Positions 11,712 to 32,890 of a stretch of DNA of 64,000 nt are shown piece after piece; the first letter of the stretch is position 1, and every line of letters begins with the position of its first letter. The position numbers were made by a program, and so were the translations under genes. The notes below the pieces were generated by a model. The model was not told where the DNA came from. It was given only the letters and a program-made list of their open reading frames with translations, and ran no database searches. This stretch comes from Microbotryum violaceum (lineage: Eukaryota), in the NCBI GenBank assembly GCA_001244265.2, contig LN717261.1, positions 2,991,591-3,055,590 of the forward strand. The letters run 5' to 3'.

Positions 11712-14418
11712 ACAGTGGGAACCCGTTAAATTAACGGGAGGATGAAATTCAAATAGCAGGATAATTGTACAGTCTACGCGATTTCAGGTTGAAAACCCCA
11801 ATACGAAGAAGAAACAAAATCCATTCATCCTACATTCATCGCCAAAACAGCCTGCATGTCGCTTGCTGCCAGACTTGGCTTCAAACACTCGTGCAATGAG
11901 ATGCGGACGGTTGCATTTGTCGTTCGGCCCCAGTGCAGCCTTGGTTTGCGGTGATTCAGGAACGCACGTCATCGTGATGAGCAGCGGAAGCTTTCCATGT
12001 TTGACAACGCACGCCATCGCATTCTGGTCTCGCTGCGTGATGTCGCAATTTGGTTCGGGGTCAAGCCGTTGAAGCCTTGGGTCGTGGTAAGGCGTAGGTT
12101 CTCTTGATGCAACCGGATGTGTTGAGTCAATCGGTCTTGACTTGGGAGTAGATCCGTAAATCACAAACTCCAGGAAAGGACGTTGGTTGCAATGCGGGAT
12201 TGAGAAGTAATCGTCGCGTTTGGCAAGTAGTGCGCAAAGAATTGTGAACGCGATACTCACCACCTCGACCCGTTTGCTTGACCTTCGTCCTAGGTGTTCA
12301 AAAGTTCAATGTCAGTCTGTGCTTGCGCCTTAGACAGAATGGAGCCTCAGGGAAAGAGCCGAAGACGCGTACGTTCGCCATCACCATCCTCTTCGTCCCC
12401 TTCCTCGCCGTCTTCATCCTCATTGTCGCGGTCTTCGTCCTCCTGTTCGTCTTCGTCATCCAGACCAAGACCGGCAAGTACCTCGCGCAATTGGACACCA
12501 TTGTCGATCTGCTCTCGGTTTCTGGCGATTGGCGGCCCGGCTTGGTCGAACCCGCAAAGAGGAATGTTGGGGTGGAAGCCATCTTCCCCTGCAGGAAAAA
12601 GTAGTGGGTAACGGAGAGGCATCACGGACGGATGGAGCGAGCTAACGACTTGGTACTTGGGCCGACCCTCGGGACATCGAGCACCGTGCACCTGGAGAAT
12701 AAGGTCTTGACGTCCACGATCTCCCGTGTTGGTGTCGGAATCGCAGATAAGCATCGCCATTTCCGTGCTCGACGTAGGAAGGTTGTGGGTGCGTCGGTCT
12801 CGGCCTGGTGGTAGGCAGAGGCGCAGGACCCACTCTTTGGCCGTATCCCAACCCGCGCGGGCTTTGGCCGATGCGAACTCACTCACAAAGCGATTGCCGG
12901 TGCGCAACATGGACTCGAGCTTGGTCAAAGTAGATCGTTGCATGTGACTGTCTGCGCTGTCGGGTCCTTGAAGTCGTGTGTCGGTGGCCTCGGCCGGGTC
13001 GATCAGCCATGTCTGGGCAAAGGCTGGGCGTTGATTCACGGCAGGGATCAGGGCACCGAGTCGATGATAGAGGCGGCCAAACACGCGAAACACGGGGGGT
13101 CCTAGCGTGCCCACTTGAGTTTGGTCCCAGAGGGCAGCGAGCGAAGTGAACGACAACGCGTTGTTGTACGACCGGGCATTCTCGCGGAATGCTTTAGCTT
13201 CTGTGTGGGTGGGTAGAACAGTTCAGCATGTGGGTCTACTGCAGACGAACGTTGTTGGACGGAGCAACTGACCGCTATCCGAGCCTTGAAGAAGCTGCCG
13301 ATACTCGAGATTGGGCTGGGGAGGGCGAGGTAGCCGCACCTTGCCTTGCGAGCAGCACGCGCTGAAGTGTCTGGTCGACTTGGACCTTTCGCACTCCCAG
13401 TGCCGAGCCTTGCAGTGGGTGCACACGGCCGTCTGGGGGCCGAGGTCGTCGCGGATCGAAACGTGGGCTTGAGGGGTTTCAGCGCGATTCGAGCCCGGCG
13501 CACTCGCCTTTGCGGAGGAGGTGGTGGTGGGGCGAGCCCAGCGTCGAGTTGGCCATCGCGCTGACCACGCTGTCCGTTCTGCACAGCTGCACGGCGGGCT
13601 CGTATACGTGTCGCAATGCCAAGATCGGTTGAATTGTTGTCATGACGCGCCGGGGGGCTGATTCTGTTGATCGGAGCGGGACGAAGAGGAGGGTCGAGCC
13701 GCGGGGCGCCCAGCAGCGGGCGCTCGAGCAGGCCTATGGTAGCCCATGGTACGCCGCTACCCTCGCGCCCAAGGCTTGGCGAGGTTGCGATGGCCCTTCC
13801 TGAGTCCCTGGCGACCTTGGGACCGGGCATAGTAGCGAAGGTTTGTTCTTGAATGAGTGTCACTAAAATTGGATGAGAGTGGGAGGGAGAAAGGAAAGGT
13901 TCGAGGGAGTGGCGCAGGATTGTTTACGTGGTTTGATTTGTTGTTCAGCCCCTAATGCCTCTGGTCGAATGCCTTACGGGCAAATTGGTTGTTCAGCCCC
14001 TAATGCCGCTGGTCGACTGCCGGAATGACACTGACACCGCCGGCGCACCGCATCACGTGACAAACGCCAGCCTTCGCCTCGCGCGTCAGGCAGAGCTCTG
14101 CTGTAGAAGCAATATCATGCAAAGCCACGCGCTTGCGGTTCATTAAATGCAATATGAGTGGAAGCATTGGTTTATGTCAGCGAAGAAAAGAAAGAAAATA
14201 CTGGGAGCGCTGTAGCTTCGTTGGAACGGCGCGGAAAATACAAAAGTCACCATAGGGCTTGTACATGACTTCTGATCGGAACCCCAACACTACAGGCAGG
14301 TGCGGCAGACACAACAGTATGCTGGTACATCCACCACAGACGGCCCTCCGGGCCGCCACCTAGTTAAAAACAGGGATTTTAGGTACATTCCTTAACTCAC
14401 ACTTTTTTTTTACTAGTT
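11712..14418 (-). mobile_element. Non-autonomous Helitron with N-terminal Rep remnant (internal deletion derivative)
   Basis: Contains CTHCKARHWECE..FSACCSQGKVRLP, an intron, YNNALSFTSL..VFRVFGRLYHRLGALIP..PAFAQ, PLRYPLLFPAGEDGFH and AMACV.KHGK.PLLITMTC..IARVFE. The 3' hairpin CCCGTTAA-T-TTAACGGG + TTCCCACTGT ends at 11712. The 5' limit is taken from homology with the 1324-2062 copy. Confidence 0.88.
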
Positions 14419-14540
14419 ACTAGTTAGGGTAATAGTTAGGGTAAAGTCCTCACGTAAACACTCCTCCCTATCTTAGTCGCGCGGAAATACTGTGCATCTC
14501 GAGCAAACGACGCCCAGTGAAGGGTTTACCTTCAAGGTAG

Positions 14541-17500
14541 ATGGCGCCAGTCGCACTCATCATGTCGACAGGAGAAATGAGCCAACTGCTCCAAAACAAA
14601 GGGGGCCGACCACCCATCGCGTTGCAGGAACAAAGCTCCCCAGAGGGATACGGATACGCATCGGAAGTTGACTCGGAAGTGGATGAGGATGAGGACAGTC
14701 TGCAAGTCTTGGCAGCTTTGGTCCCGGTTCCCTCAAAGTCCTCGATATCTAGCCCCTCCGCAGTCTCGGGGCTTTTAATCTCTCCAAAGAGCCGTTCGAG
14801 AGACTCCGACGAGGATTCGGCAGATGAGGGTTACTACGGAGTCGACGACGACAATTCGGACGAGAAATCAATTGAGAACATCTTCTCGGCACTACTCCTG
14901 GCTCGGAACGACAAGAAGATCCTTGACCGGCACACGTACGAGCCCTCTCGACAGGACAAAGAGTTATCGAACACGACCCGCGAGGCAATTTTCTCAAACA
15001 TGATCCTCACGACTGCAGAGCACAACGAGCTCCGTCTCAGGCCGCTTGTTCTCAATTGTCGCAAGCCGAGGTCCGAATGGGAATCTGTACGCAAACTTCC
15101 TGTCTTGGAGCTCCCAAAGTTCAGGCTACAGAGGTATGTTGAAGCTGCATGCTGCGCTGCGTTTTGTTTCGTCCTGTGAACGACCTAACTTTCATTGGTC
15201 CGATCTATTAACAGAAGCATGACTGGGCTCCACGTAAATATGAACGCTGTCTCGCTGTCGTCGAGCGACCTTACGGTGACGCGCCCTCGTCTACTCATCA
15301 TCAACATCCGTCGGAGGTGGCAGTGGGGATCGAATGGCGTCCGGAAGTGCCTATCACCCTTCGAGAAGCTTGGAGTCAACCCGGCGAAGGTCGACCTGTT
15401 GCGGAGGTTCTACGGATTACACATCGTTGCTCGGGGGCCTGTAAAAGAGTTCGGGTCAAGGATGGCAAACTTGGGTACAAGAAACGAGACAATGACAAGG
15501 ACCCCGGGAAAACATGCTCTACTCAACTCAAGGTCATCATCCCGGATAGGAAATCAAAGGAGCTTGGGTTGGGTGGCTGATAAGACTCTCTGTTACCTTC
15601 TTCGTCCCTAGTGTAGATCCTCGTTCAGGCCGACGATCTTTCATCGGCGCTGGTGTACACCCTCGGCAACCACGAAGGACGCCAACCACCGCCGAACGTC
15701 CGACGTCCAGCCCCTTTCATTCGTGCGTTGGCGCATCAGGAAGTCTTTCGGCAGGCCAACACGCCCACGCTTGCATTTCAAAGTGAGTGTGTGCTCCAAG
15801 TTTCCACAAGAAGTTTCCACTTCCCAAGACTGACCATCAGTTCCTTTCTCGATGATGGACTCGATCATTTCACAGATATGAACCAGCGGATGTCGGTCTG
15901 GGAGAAACAGAACGAGATCATTCTCCCGCAGTACAGGAAAATCGGCGCAAAACAGCTGCGCAATATGTTCAGGGCAAAAGGTCGACAGAACGCGCAGCAT
16001 GGATCCGCCTTGTACTCGCTAGCTCGCACGGCTGAGCTGAGACCGTTCACCCTTCAAAATGCAACGGAGCCCGAGACACGCGGAGTGGCCTAGTGAGTGA
16101 TCACGATCTAAGCTGCTTGCCGATTTGATGAGCTAACAAGCGGCGGAGGTATTTACCCTTGTCAGCTTTCAACCTTTTAATGAGAAAACGAAGCAGCCGT
16201 TGATCTGCGTCCTTGCCTCCCTCCACTCCATCGACGTGTTGATTTCCTTCGCCACAGTGCGGAACGATTCAGGCGATTGGTCGCGGTTTGCTGGACTTGA
16301 CTCAAGCTGGCGATACCTGAACGAGAACCGCGCCCCCCTCACCGCCCTCGTCGCGACTGGCTTGAAAGACAAACTTGCGCTAGGTGAGAGCCCGGGAAGC
16401 ACTTGAAAGGAAGGTCCGGACGAGTACAAAGACTCATTTCATCGCTTATGTATTGTCTTCTTCAGGTCCTATGCTTCTCTCCAGTGATGTGAAGGCAGAT
16501 ACTCTCGTCATCTACTTGGACACGGTAAAGAGGCTGGTCGAGGAGCGCGCCGCGATCCTTGTAAGGAGTGCGTTGTAAGATGGGTTGACCAGGGTGTGCT
16601 GCGCGTCACGACAGTTTTGAGAGGAGTCGCTCACGCCCTTCTGTACCGTCGACGATTTGCATGCGTACTTCAGAAGCTCGTGAGAATGGGCCCAATCTAC
16701 CCGGCTCGTCCCCCAGGTTGCCAAATCTTCTCCAAAATGCCGAATTCATCTTGGAAAATCAGTGGCAACCACCAAATTTCATGATCGACAAAGGTCGGAC
16801 TGAGCTCAACGCCTTGACACTCTGTAAGCGCCGCTGCTTGCTAGGGCTACTATATGAGATGTGCAGACTGCTCTCAGGATTTTGAATTCCTGATGATCGT
16901 CGTCTTCTGCATCTACGTTACTATAGGGAAAGAAAAGCACAACCTCAACTTTCACATACGCCTTTGCCAATTCCACGTGGTTCAGGCCATTATTCGGTGG
17001 TCGAGTGACAGGAATGACGGCGAAAGGGGCAACACCGTCAAGCCTTCTCGGATTGCTCGCAAGACGTTGATCAACATTTTGTACGAATTTCGATCCACCA
17101 TCCAGCGCTTTCGTTTCATACGCGCCGAGCATGAAACAGATGCCGAGGCGACAGCTCGGCGCTCGGCTGAGTTCGAAGGGAAGAAGCGGGCGTTCTTTGA
17201 AAAATCGGACGCATGGATCGACAAAGAGTTCCGAAGTCGTCGCAAGCCAGCAGCAAACAAATCAGACGTCACCAAGAAGTCGGAACTGGGTTGCAACAGC
17301 CGAGAAGAAGAACAATTACAAGCAAAGAAGGATAACTTTCGGGCGTATTTCAATATCAACTGGTTCGTACAAGAGTGGATCGGTGAGTCTTACTTATTCC
17401 TTCTTTACGTGTTCTTACAGTTTTTTTGGCTCACGCATTTCCACAATTCTGAAGAAACATACACAGATGATGGTTTACCCCTTGGCGTTTCACGGGAAAC

Positions 17501-20037
17501 CATCAACACCAACAACGTGACTGAACGAGCCTTCAAGACCATCCAGCAAGAGCATCTCCACGGCCGAGCCAACAAGAGGTATTGCGTAGCACCGGACTCA
17601 AGGAGCGAATCTCGACGGAAGAGCTGACAATTCTGCTTGCGCTCTGCACCTGCTAGGATCGACAATCTCGTTGTGGTCTTACCCGACAATGCTCTAGTTT
17701 ATGAAATTTGGAAGGACGTATCGAATGCAAAACCGGATCATGTTCTTCGAGATACTCTGGCAAATTCGATGGACATCTGGGAGCTTGGACAGTTCCGCCC
17801 TACCGAAAAGGAGGGCCAGTGGGTGCTTAGTTTACGGTGAGGTTTTACGGGTACCAGTGCCTTGGCTACCAAGCCCTTACTGACGCGAGAATGCTTCGGA
17901 TTTAAAACTCAGATCCATGGATTCATCAATCACTCTCGATACTCGCGCGCCTTATTGTCCTTGTCGCGCATTCAAGCAAACAGGAAATAAATGCGCTCAT
18001 CTTTGGGCGTGCGATCTGCTGGTTCACAATGGCGACTACCACACAGTGATGAGTGCGTCCGAAAGCTTTGATCACCCTCGTAGCGGCTTCACAAGCCTAC
18101 AATCTGACGATTGGTGTGGGATTTCTCTTGCAGACCGCATCATGGTAGCAGCAGCAGCGGCAAAAGCAATGTCGGACATGCGGGACGGAACAAAATCAAG
18201 CAAGCTCCACGACGCCTCCGTCGAAGCCTTGGTCGACAAAGTATTGGACTCTAAAATGCCATCGGCTTTGGAGGACGACAACAAGCCAGACGAGCCCTTG
18301 TCAGAGGACGAACTCGACGAACGCGACGAGGTGGATTCGGACGTCGAGGACGAGGACGAACGCGCTGCCGATATAGCCGATGTTGCTGAATTTCAGCCCA
18401 ACTGCTCAACTGTCAAAGGTGAGCAATGTCTGAACGCCTTGCCGGAACGGAGACTTCCGTTCCAATCTGGTCTTGTTCTGTCACACAGGCAGATCAGCCA
18501 GGAATCGGCCATTGCAACCCCATCGTAGCAAGAAGACAGCCAAACCGAAACTCTCAAAATCGAAGTCAAATTCAGGGGTCACGCTCGAGCACTCGGGGAG
18601 AGTCGATGGCAAAGCAACGCAGCAATTAGACGTCGGATACGTGACAAGCTCAATCCTGATCAACTTCGTCCAAAAACTTCCAAACACACCATCTTTGAGA
18701 ACGGAACCACTCAGTTTGGGAAGACCCGTGGACGCCCACGTGAGACGAAATTTTCCAACAGCTTATCCTCGACCAAAGATCACGCAGCTGCCAAGCGAAT
18801 GGCGGCCATTCCCGAGGTCATAGATATCGAACAACTGAGCGACGACGAGAGGCCACCATGCCAGCTCGCGCCGTTACAAGAAGGACGTCTTCCACTCGAC
18901 ATCTACGATACAGTTCAGCCGGAGGAGCGCCGAAGCAATGTTTCCGCCGTCAAGGACATTATCAAGCGCATTCCCAACGAGGTTCAGAAGGTTGATTGGG
19001 ACGTATTCCTCGACATTCACGCCGGCGACCACGCACCAGGCCTGAACTTGAGCTCCTTGCGCGAAATGGCCAACGCCAATTTGTGGTTGAGGGCTTCGCA
19101 CATCGATGCTTTCAGCAGCGCTATCAATCGGTTCCAAGGCCAATTGCCTTTCAATGGTCGGTCAAAAGAGGTTCGTGACCTTGAACCAACATGCTACGCA
19201 TTCTATCTCGAAGGAGGAAAGTGCGCCAAGGGAATTGGAGGCACTCGACCAACCGAGCGGCAGCAGGGGGTGAGTTCGGATGGGAGTTCGCGAGCATATC
19301 TTTCTATCATTATTGACAGGAGGCCCGCCTCTTTGTTTGCGCTGCCCCTCTACCAGATTATCCTTTCTCGAACACCAGTTCTACTCTTCCCAACTCATGT
19401 CACCAATCATTGGATACTTGTCGAGGCACGCCTTTCGGATTGTACATTTCGGGTGTACGACTCTCTTTTTGGCAGGGAGAACATGCGCAAGGAGGCAAAC
19501 GAAAGTCTCGATGTGAGTTCGTCCCCATGACCATCACAAAGCACTTTCAAAGGCGCCCAAACTCTGCGCAGCTGCTGACGTCATTCGCCCTTTCTGCCTG
19601 CCAGTCAATCATCACTTTCTTGGAAACTCGTGCAGAGGGACCGATAGAGCGCATCACTGGAGGCATCGATCGACCGACGGTCCCGTACAGAAATTGGAAG
19701 CGATTGATTGTCAAAGCGGCGAAGGCCGGCGACCAGCCTCAACCGGATAGATATCCTCAACAGACTGATGGCAACGCGTGTAGGGCGTTCGTGTGCCGAG
19801 CGATGGAAACCCTGGTATGCGCAGCAGTCGCCAAAATGGAACCCGATTGGAGCTGGGCCCCACAGGTTGAGCCGGGAAGATTTTATTCGGAGCTTCGAGA
19901 CTATATGTTGGATGTCACCCTGCACTCTCGTCTACGATGCGACATGAGCTCGTCTTGGTTTTCGGGCTCGCCGGAGTCTCCAACCGTCTCGTGTGCTACT
20001 CGTGATCCAGACAACGCGATAGATAGCAGGAAGCCTC
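14541..20037 (+). mobile_element. Mutator-like (MULE) transposase gene with SWIM zinc finger and Ulp1-like (C48) peptidase, multi-exon, interrupted by Copia
   Basis: Motifs LDSSWRYLNENRAPLT (D1), FMIDKGRTELNAL (D2), IRLCQFHVVQAI (CxxH) and NTNNVTERAFK (E); SWIM CPCRAFKQTGNKCAHLWA; protease NHWILV..VYDSL..PQQTDGNAC. The frame continues after the Copia TSD at 24558. Confidence 0.8.
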
Positions 20038-24557
<4,520 letters not shown>

Positions 24558-24707
24558 GCCTCATGGCAATACACAGCCTGGCGATCACGTCGGTGAGTTC
24601 AAATAGGATATTGAAGCTCCTGCATGCTCTATTGTCCTATGGAGCTCTGCTCTTCTCCTCCTCATGTCCCTTGTTGTTTCGGAATGACTCACCCCTGATC
24701 TCATTGT
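24558..24707 (+). other. 150-bp spacer between the twins; continuation of the MULE-Ulp1 locus
   Basis: Removing twin 1 and one TSD restores the frame IDSRKP-HGNTQPGDHV, followed by a GTGAGT donor. Confidence 0.7.
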
Positions 24708-29225
<4,518 letters not shown>

Positions 29226-29976
29226 TGAACAACGTGGTTAAGGGGAGAGGCGCTGGGGAGCTCGGTAACCATCTCCTTGCCGTGGTGAGAAAATGGGCCC
29301 GCTGCAGCGGCTTCGAGACAGGCTTGGTCGGATTCGAATAAGCTCGTACATGTGACGAGCGATCGGGAACCCCTTCGTGGCTTTTGTCACAATCGGGTTC
29401 AGCTTCACGCATTTTGAGAAAAGCTTCTCAACCTCGGGGTCAAGCACGACACCCTCGGGCGGCGCAAACATGAACGGCGTCTCGGCCAATCCAAAGTGCT
29501 TGCGCAGCGCGATCTGTACAGGACCATCCATAATGACTCGGATCACATTGGAGGCCGGGGCTGCGTCGTTTTGCACTGCTCTTTCGGCGGCTCGTGCAAG
29601 CACTGGCGCCTGCGAAGGCGGGGTCAAGGCGTTGTGCATCAGGACCATCAGTTGGCGGGTCGACTTGCCGGAGGGAACGATCCCGAGTACTCTGAAGGTG
29701 TTTTGCATCACCTTTTCGCAGTCCAGTCAAGCCTGAGTTGCCTCAGTGGACCACGCTGGAGGATTTGCGGTTCCTCCAGTGACCGGTTCATGCGTTAGCG
29801 TGTTGAGTGATTTCTCGTCACTCGCGCGGTTACCACCCAACGGGGTGTTGGGCGGGGGCGCTTGGGCGCCGGGCGGATCCGGCATCGCTTGTTCGTGTTG
29901 ACCTGTAACACATAAGGGGGTACAAGGTCAACTACACACGCTACACCGCAAAAACTCACTTTTGTGTGTGTGTTAA

Positions 29977-30135
29977 TTTTTTTTTTTTTGTAGAACTTGT
30001 TCATCATATTGCTCCCAATTCCTGTTCCCCCTGATTGGCCTACGGAAAAACTAGATGGAAGTCGACGATGATAACACAAACCGCCCGCAAGATGCAAGAA
30101 ACGGGCCGGTGTCCACCCATCTGATACTTGGGATT
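29977..30135 (-). mobile_element. Poly(A)-tailed non-LTR retroelement 3' end, copy 1
   Basis: T-run at 29977-29989 (poly-A on minus) followed by ~150 bp homologous to 30335-30482. Confidence 0.5.
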
Positions 30136-30315
30136 CAAGTGCCCCAGCCAAGCGGTTGCTCCCCCCCAGGAGACGAATGAGAGAGAGAAAGAGAAAAGAG
30201 TAATAAAACAATTTACTAAGCGACAAGAGGCCCACCCCGCCGTCACTTCCCAACTCGGTCGAGACAAAGACAGGAGATCGACTGCGCAACTACCCTGACC
30301 CCGCGAAGTCCTAAG

Positions 30316-30720
<405 letters not shown>

Positions 30721-30725
30721 TATCT

Positions 30726-32890
30726 TCTATACTACTAAATGGATACGTCGAGACATCTTCTATATTATATATATATATATTTACTATATACTACTAAATG
30801 GATACGTCGAGACAAAGAATCTTCTAGAACAAAAGACAAACCACATGGCGTGACGTCATCAGCAGCTCTTGGTGCAGAGCGTCCCCCCGGCCCAGCTAGC
30901 AAGCGCGGTTTCAGCAGGGGTCGGCCAGTGACAGCCCGTTTCCTCTACGTTCGCCGAGGTTCCATACTCCACCAAGTCAATGACTCTGGCTCAGAGGACC
31001 TGTCTTGCGTGTCTACCACATCGTAGCATAGTTACTTTGAGCATCTACTTCCTGCCACTGCCGAAATGTCATCTGTAAACTTTCACGTACAGAAGACTCT
31101 CCACTACGAATCTTCATGGAGAGGACAGGGGCAGCCGAGACGTCGCCAACGTGAGCAAGGTCAGCGCGCCGTCCGCGAGGCTGAGAGGGCCGCCAACGAG
31201 GCTGCTTCGCGCTGTGTGCAAAGGGGGAGGAAATCATCAGCCCAGAACTCGCGCGCAAGGACAGTAAAAAACTTGAATGTGTGGATGCCCGCCGCCTTCG
31301 CGCTCCTCCGCCCAACCCAACCTCCGCTCTAATCACACAGATGCCGCCGCCAACAACCGCTACAACTGCCGACACATCATCTGCTAAGTTTCATGTGCCG
31401 TTTCCTCAACAACAACCTTCACGGAGAGCACAGGGGCAGCAAAGACGTCGGCAACGTGAGCGAGCTGAGCGCGCCGCCCGCGAGGCTGCAGGCGCCCCTC
31501 CGCACAACCCGACTCCCACTCTAATCGCACAGACGCCGCCGCCAGCAACCTCGAACAATCCCCGAAGCTCAGCGGCAACGATGCCTTCGCCAGAAGCAGC
31601 AGCGCGAAACCGATCAAGACGACGTCGCGCAAACTGGTTCGTCAAGTCAACTGCACCGGCAGCAGGCAGTCTCAATGTCGCACGGCAAGTACAACGGGCC
31701 CGCACTTCTTCACCTCCAAGCTTGAGATTCGTTCGTCCACTTGAACCAGTTCCGGACCTCGGGTAGCGTCGGCCAGTGCGCCAATTCCGCCGTTAGGGGC
31801 CCCGCCAGCGTGTCACGGGCCTTCACTCCACGACGTTCCGCGGCCTTACACGACATTCTATGAGTCCGGTTCAAACTGAGGCGCAGGCTTCCCCATCTTT
31901 CTCCCTCCTGCTCTTCACACCTTACCCATCACCACCTCGAGCTTGCAACATCCGAAGCGGTCGTCGTGGAAGCACTGCAACGAATGCAGGATACAGAAAT
32001 GCCTGCCGCATGCAACATAGCTACGAATTTGAGTAAGTAGCTTCGTGAACTGTGCTCTTGGTGTGGGATTGTTCAGAAGCTTATGGAAAACTACTGAGCA
32101 GAGACTCCCTTCAACACGTCCTCTTTGAATGTCAACCCTCAACTTGTTTCTTCACCGTCAGCTGGTGACACTGCATGCGTGAGTTATCCCTTGACATGAC
32201 TGTGCAGTCTTAGATATGACGGACAAACTGATACAAAAGCAGACATTGGACGTCAGTGACACAGCGGAAGGATTGACTTTGTTCGGTTGAGAATCCGGGT
32301 TGTTAGTTAGGACACAAAATGTGAGTCTTCACTGCCATAGCTACAGATGAACAACAGCAAGAATACTAATAGTTGTAACGATTCACTCAAGAAAACAGGC
32401 TCTGGTCGCGTGAATTGCGGCTCACCATCCCGTGGCAGATCCTCAACGTCTTGGTTCGGTGGGGTGACCATCGCGTTGGCAGGTGTGTGCCAATCTTTCG
32501 ATAGCAAAACGCAGAACAGCATGACTAATGACCGGTTGGACTGTAACATCACAGGGGATCCGAAGCAGTGCCTTCCCGTTATTCCCAAGTCATTGCCTGC
32601 ACAAATTGTCGACGCTTGCATCATGAATGCTGAGTTCTGCGGGGATCTCTCTGTAAGTGGTAGTCCTTGCCTGACCCTTAGACCCTATACTAGGCTAACA
32701 ACGGCACGGTGCGAGCGCAGACAAACATGCCTCTTCTGGCCACTGCAAACCGCATGACCGAAACGGAACAGGCAAAGGCACAGGGCTTTGCAGATTGGCT
32801 CTTTGGAGTTCGGAGTTGGAGACGGGTCGGCTAACGAAACAGGAGACTATTGCGCTTCCACGTGAGCTTCTCCTGCCGGCAACCCAGCAA
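30726..32890 (+). mobile_element. Degenerate Helitron (5' terminus plus PIF1-helicase remnants)
   Basis: TCTATACTACTAAAT 5'-end-like motif at 30726; Arg-rich N-terminal repeats (31066-31766); helicase remnants WFGGVTIALAG|intron|DPKQCLPVIPKS..QIVDACI and FADWL..VGDG (~32450-32830). Confidence 0.7.

Noticed and set aside
14420-14445. TTAGGG copies as telomeric repeats
   Set aside because: Only two non-adjacent copies (TAGTTAGGGTAA twice); more likely a junction duplication or element end.
29238-29711. 157-aa minus-strand ORF as an assignable gene
   Set aside because: It looks coding but no family was recognised; mentioned only as the flank of the breakpoint.
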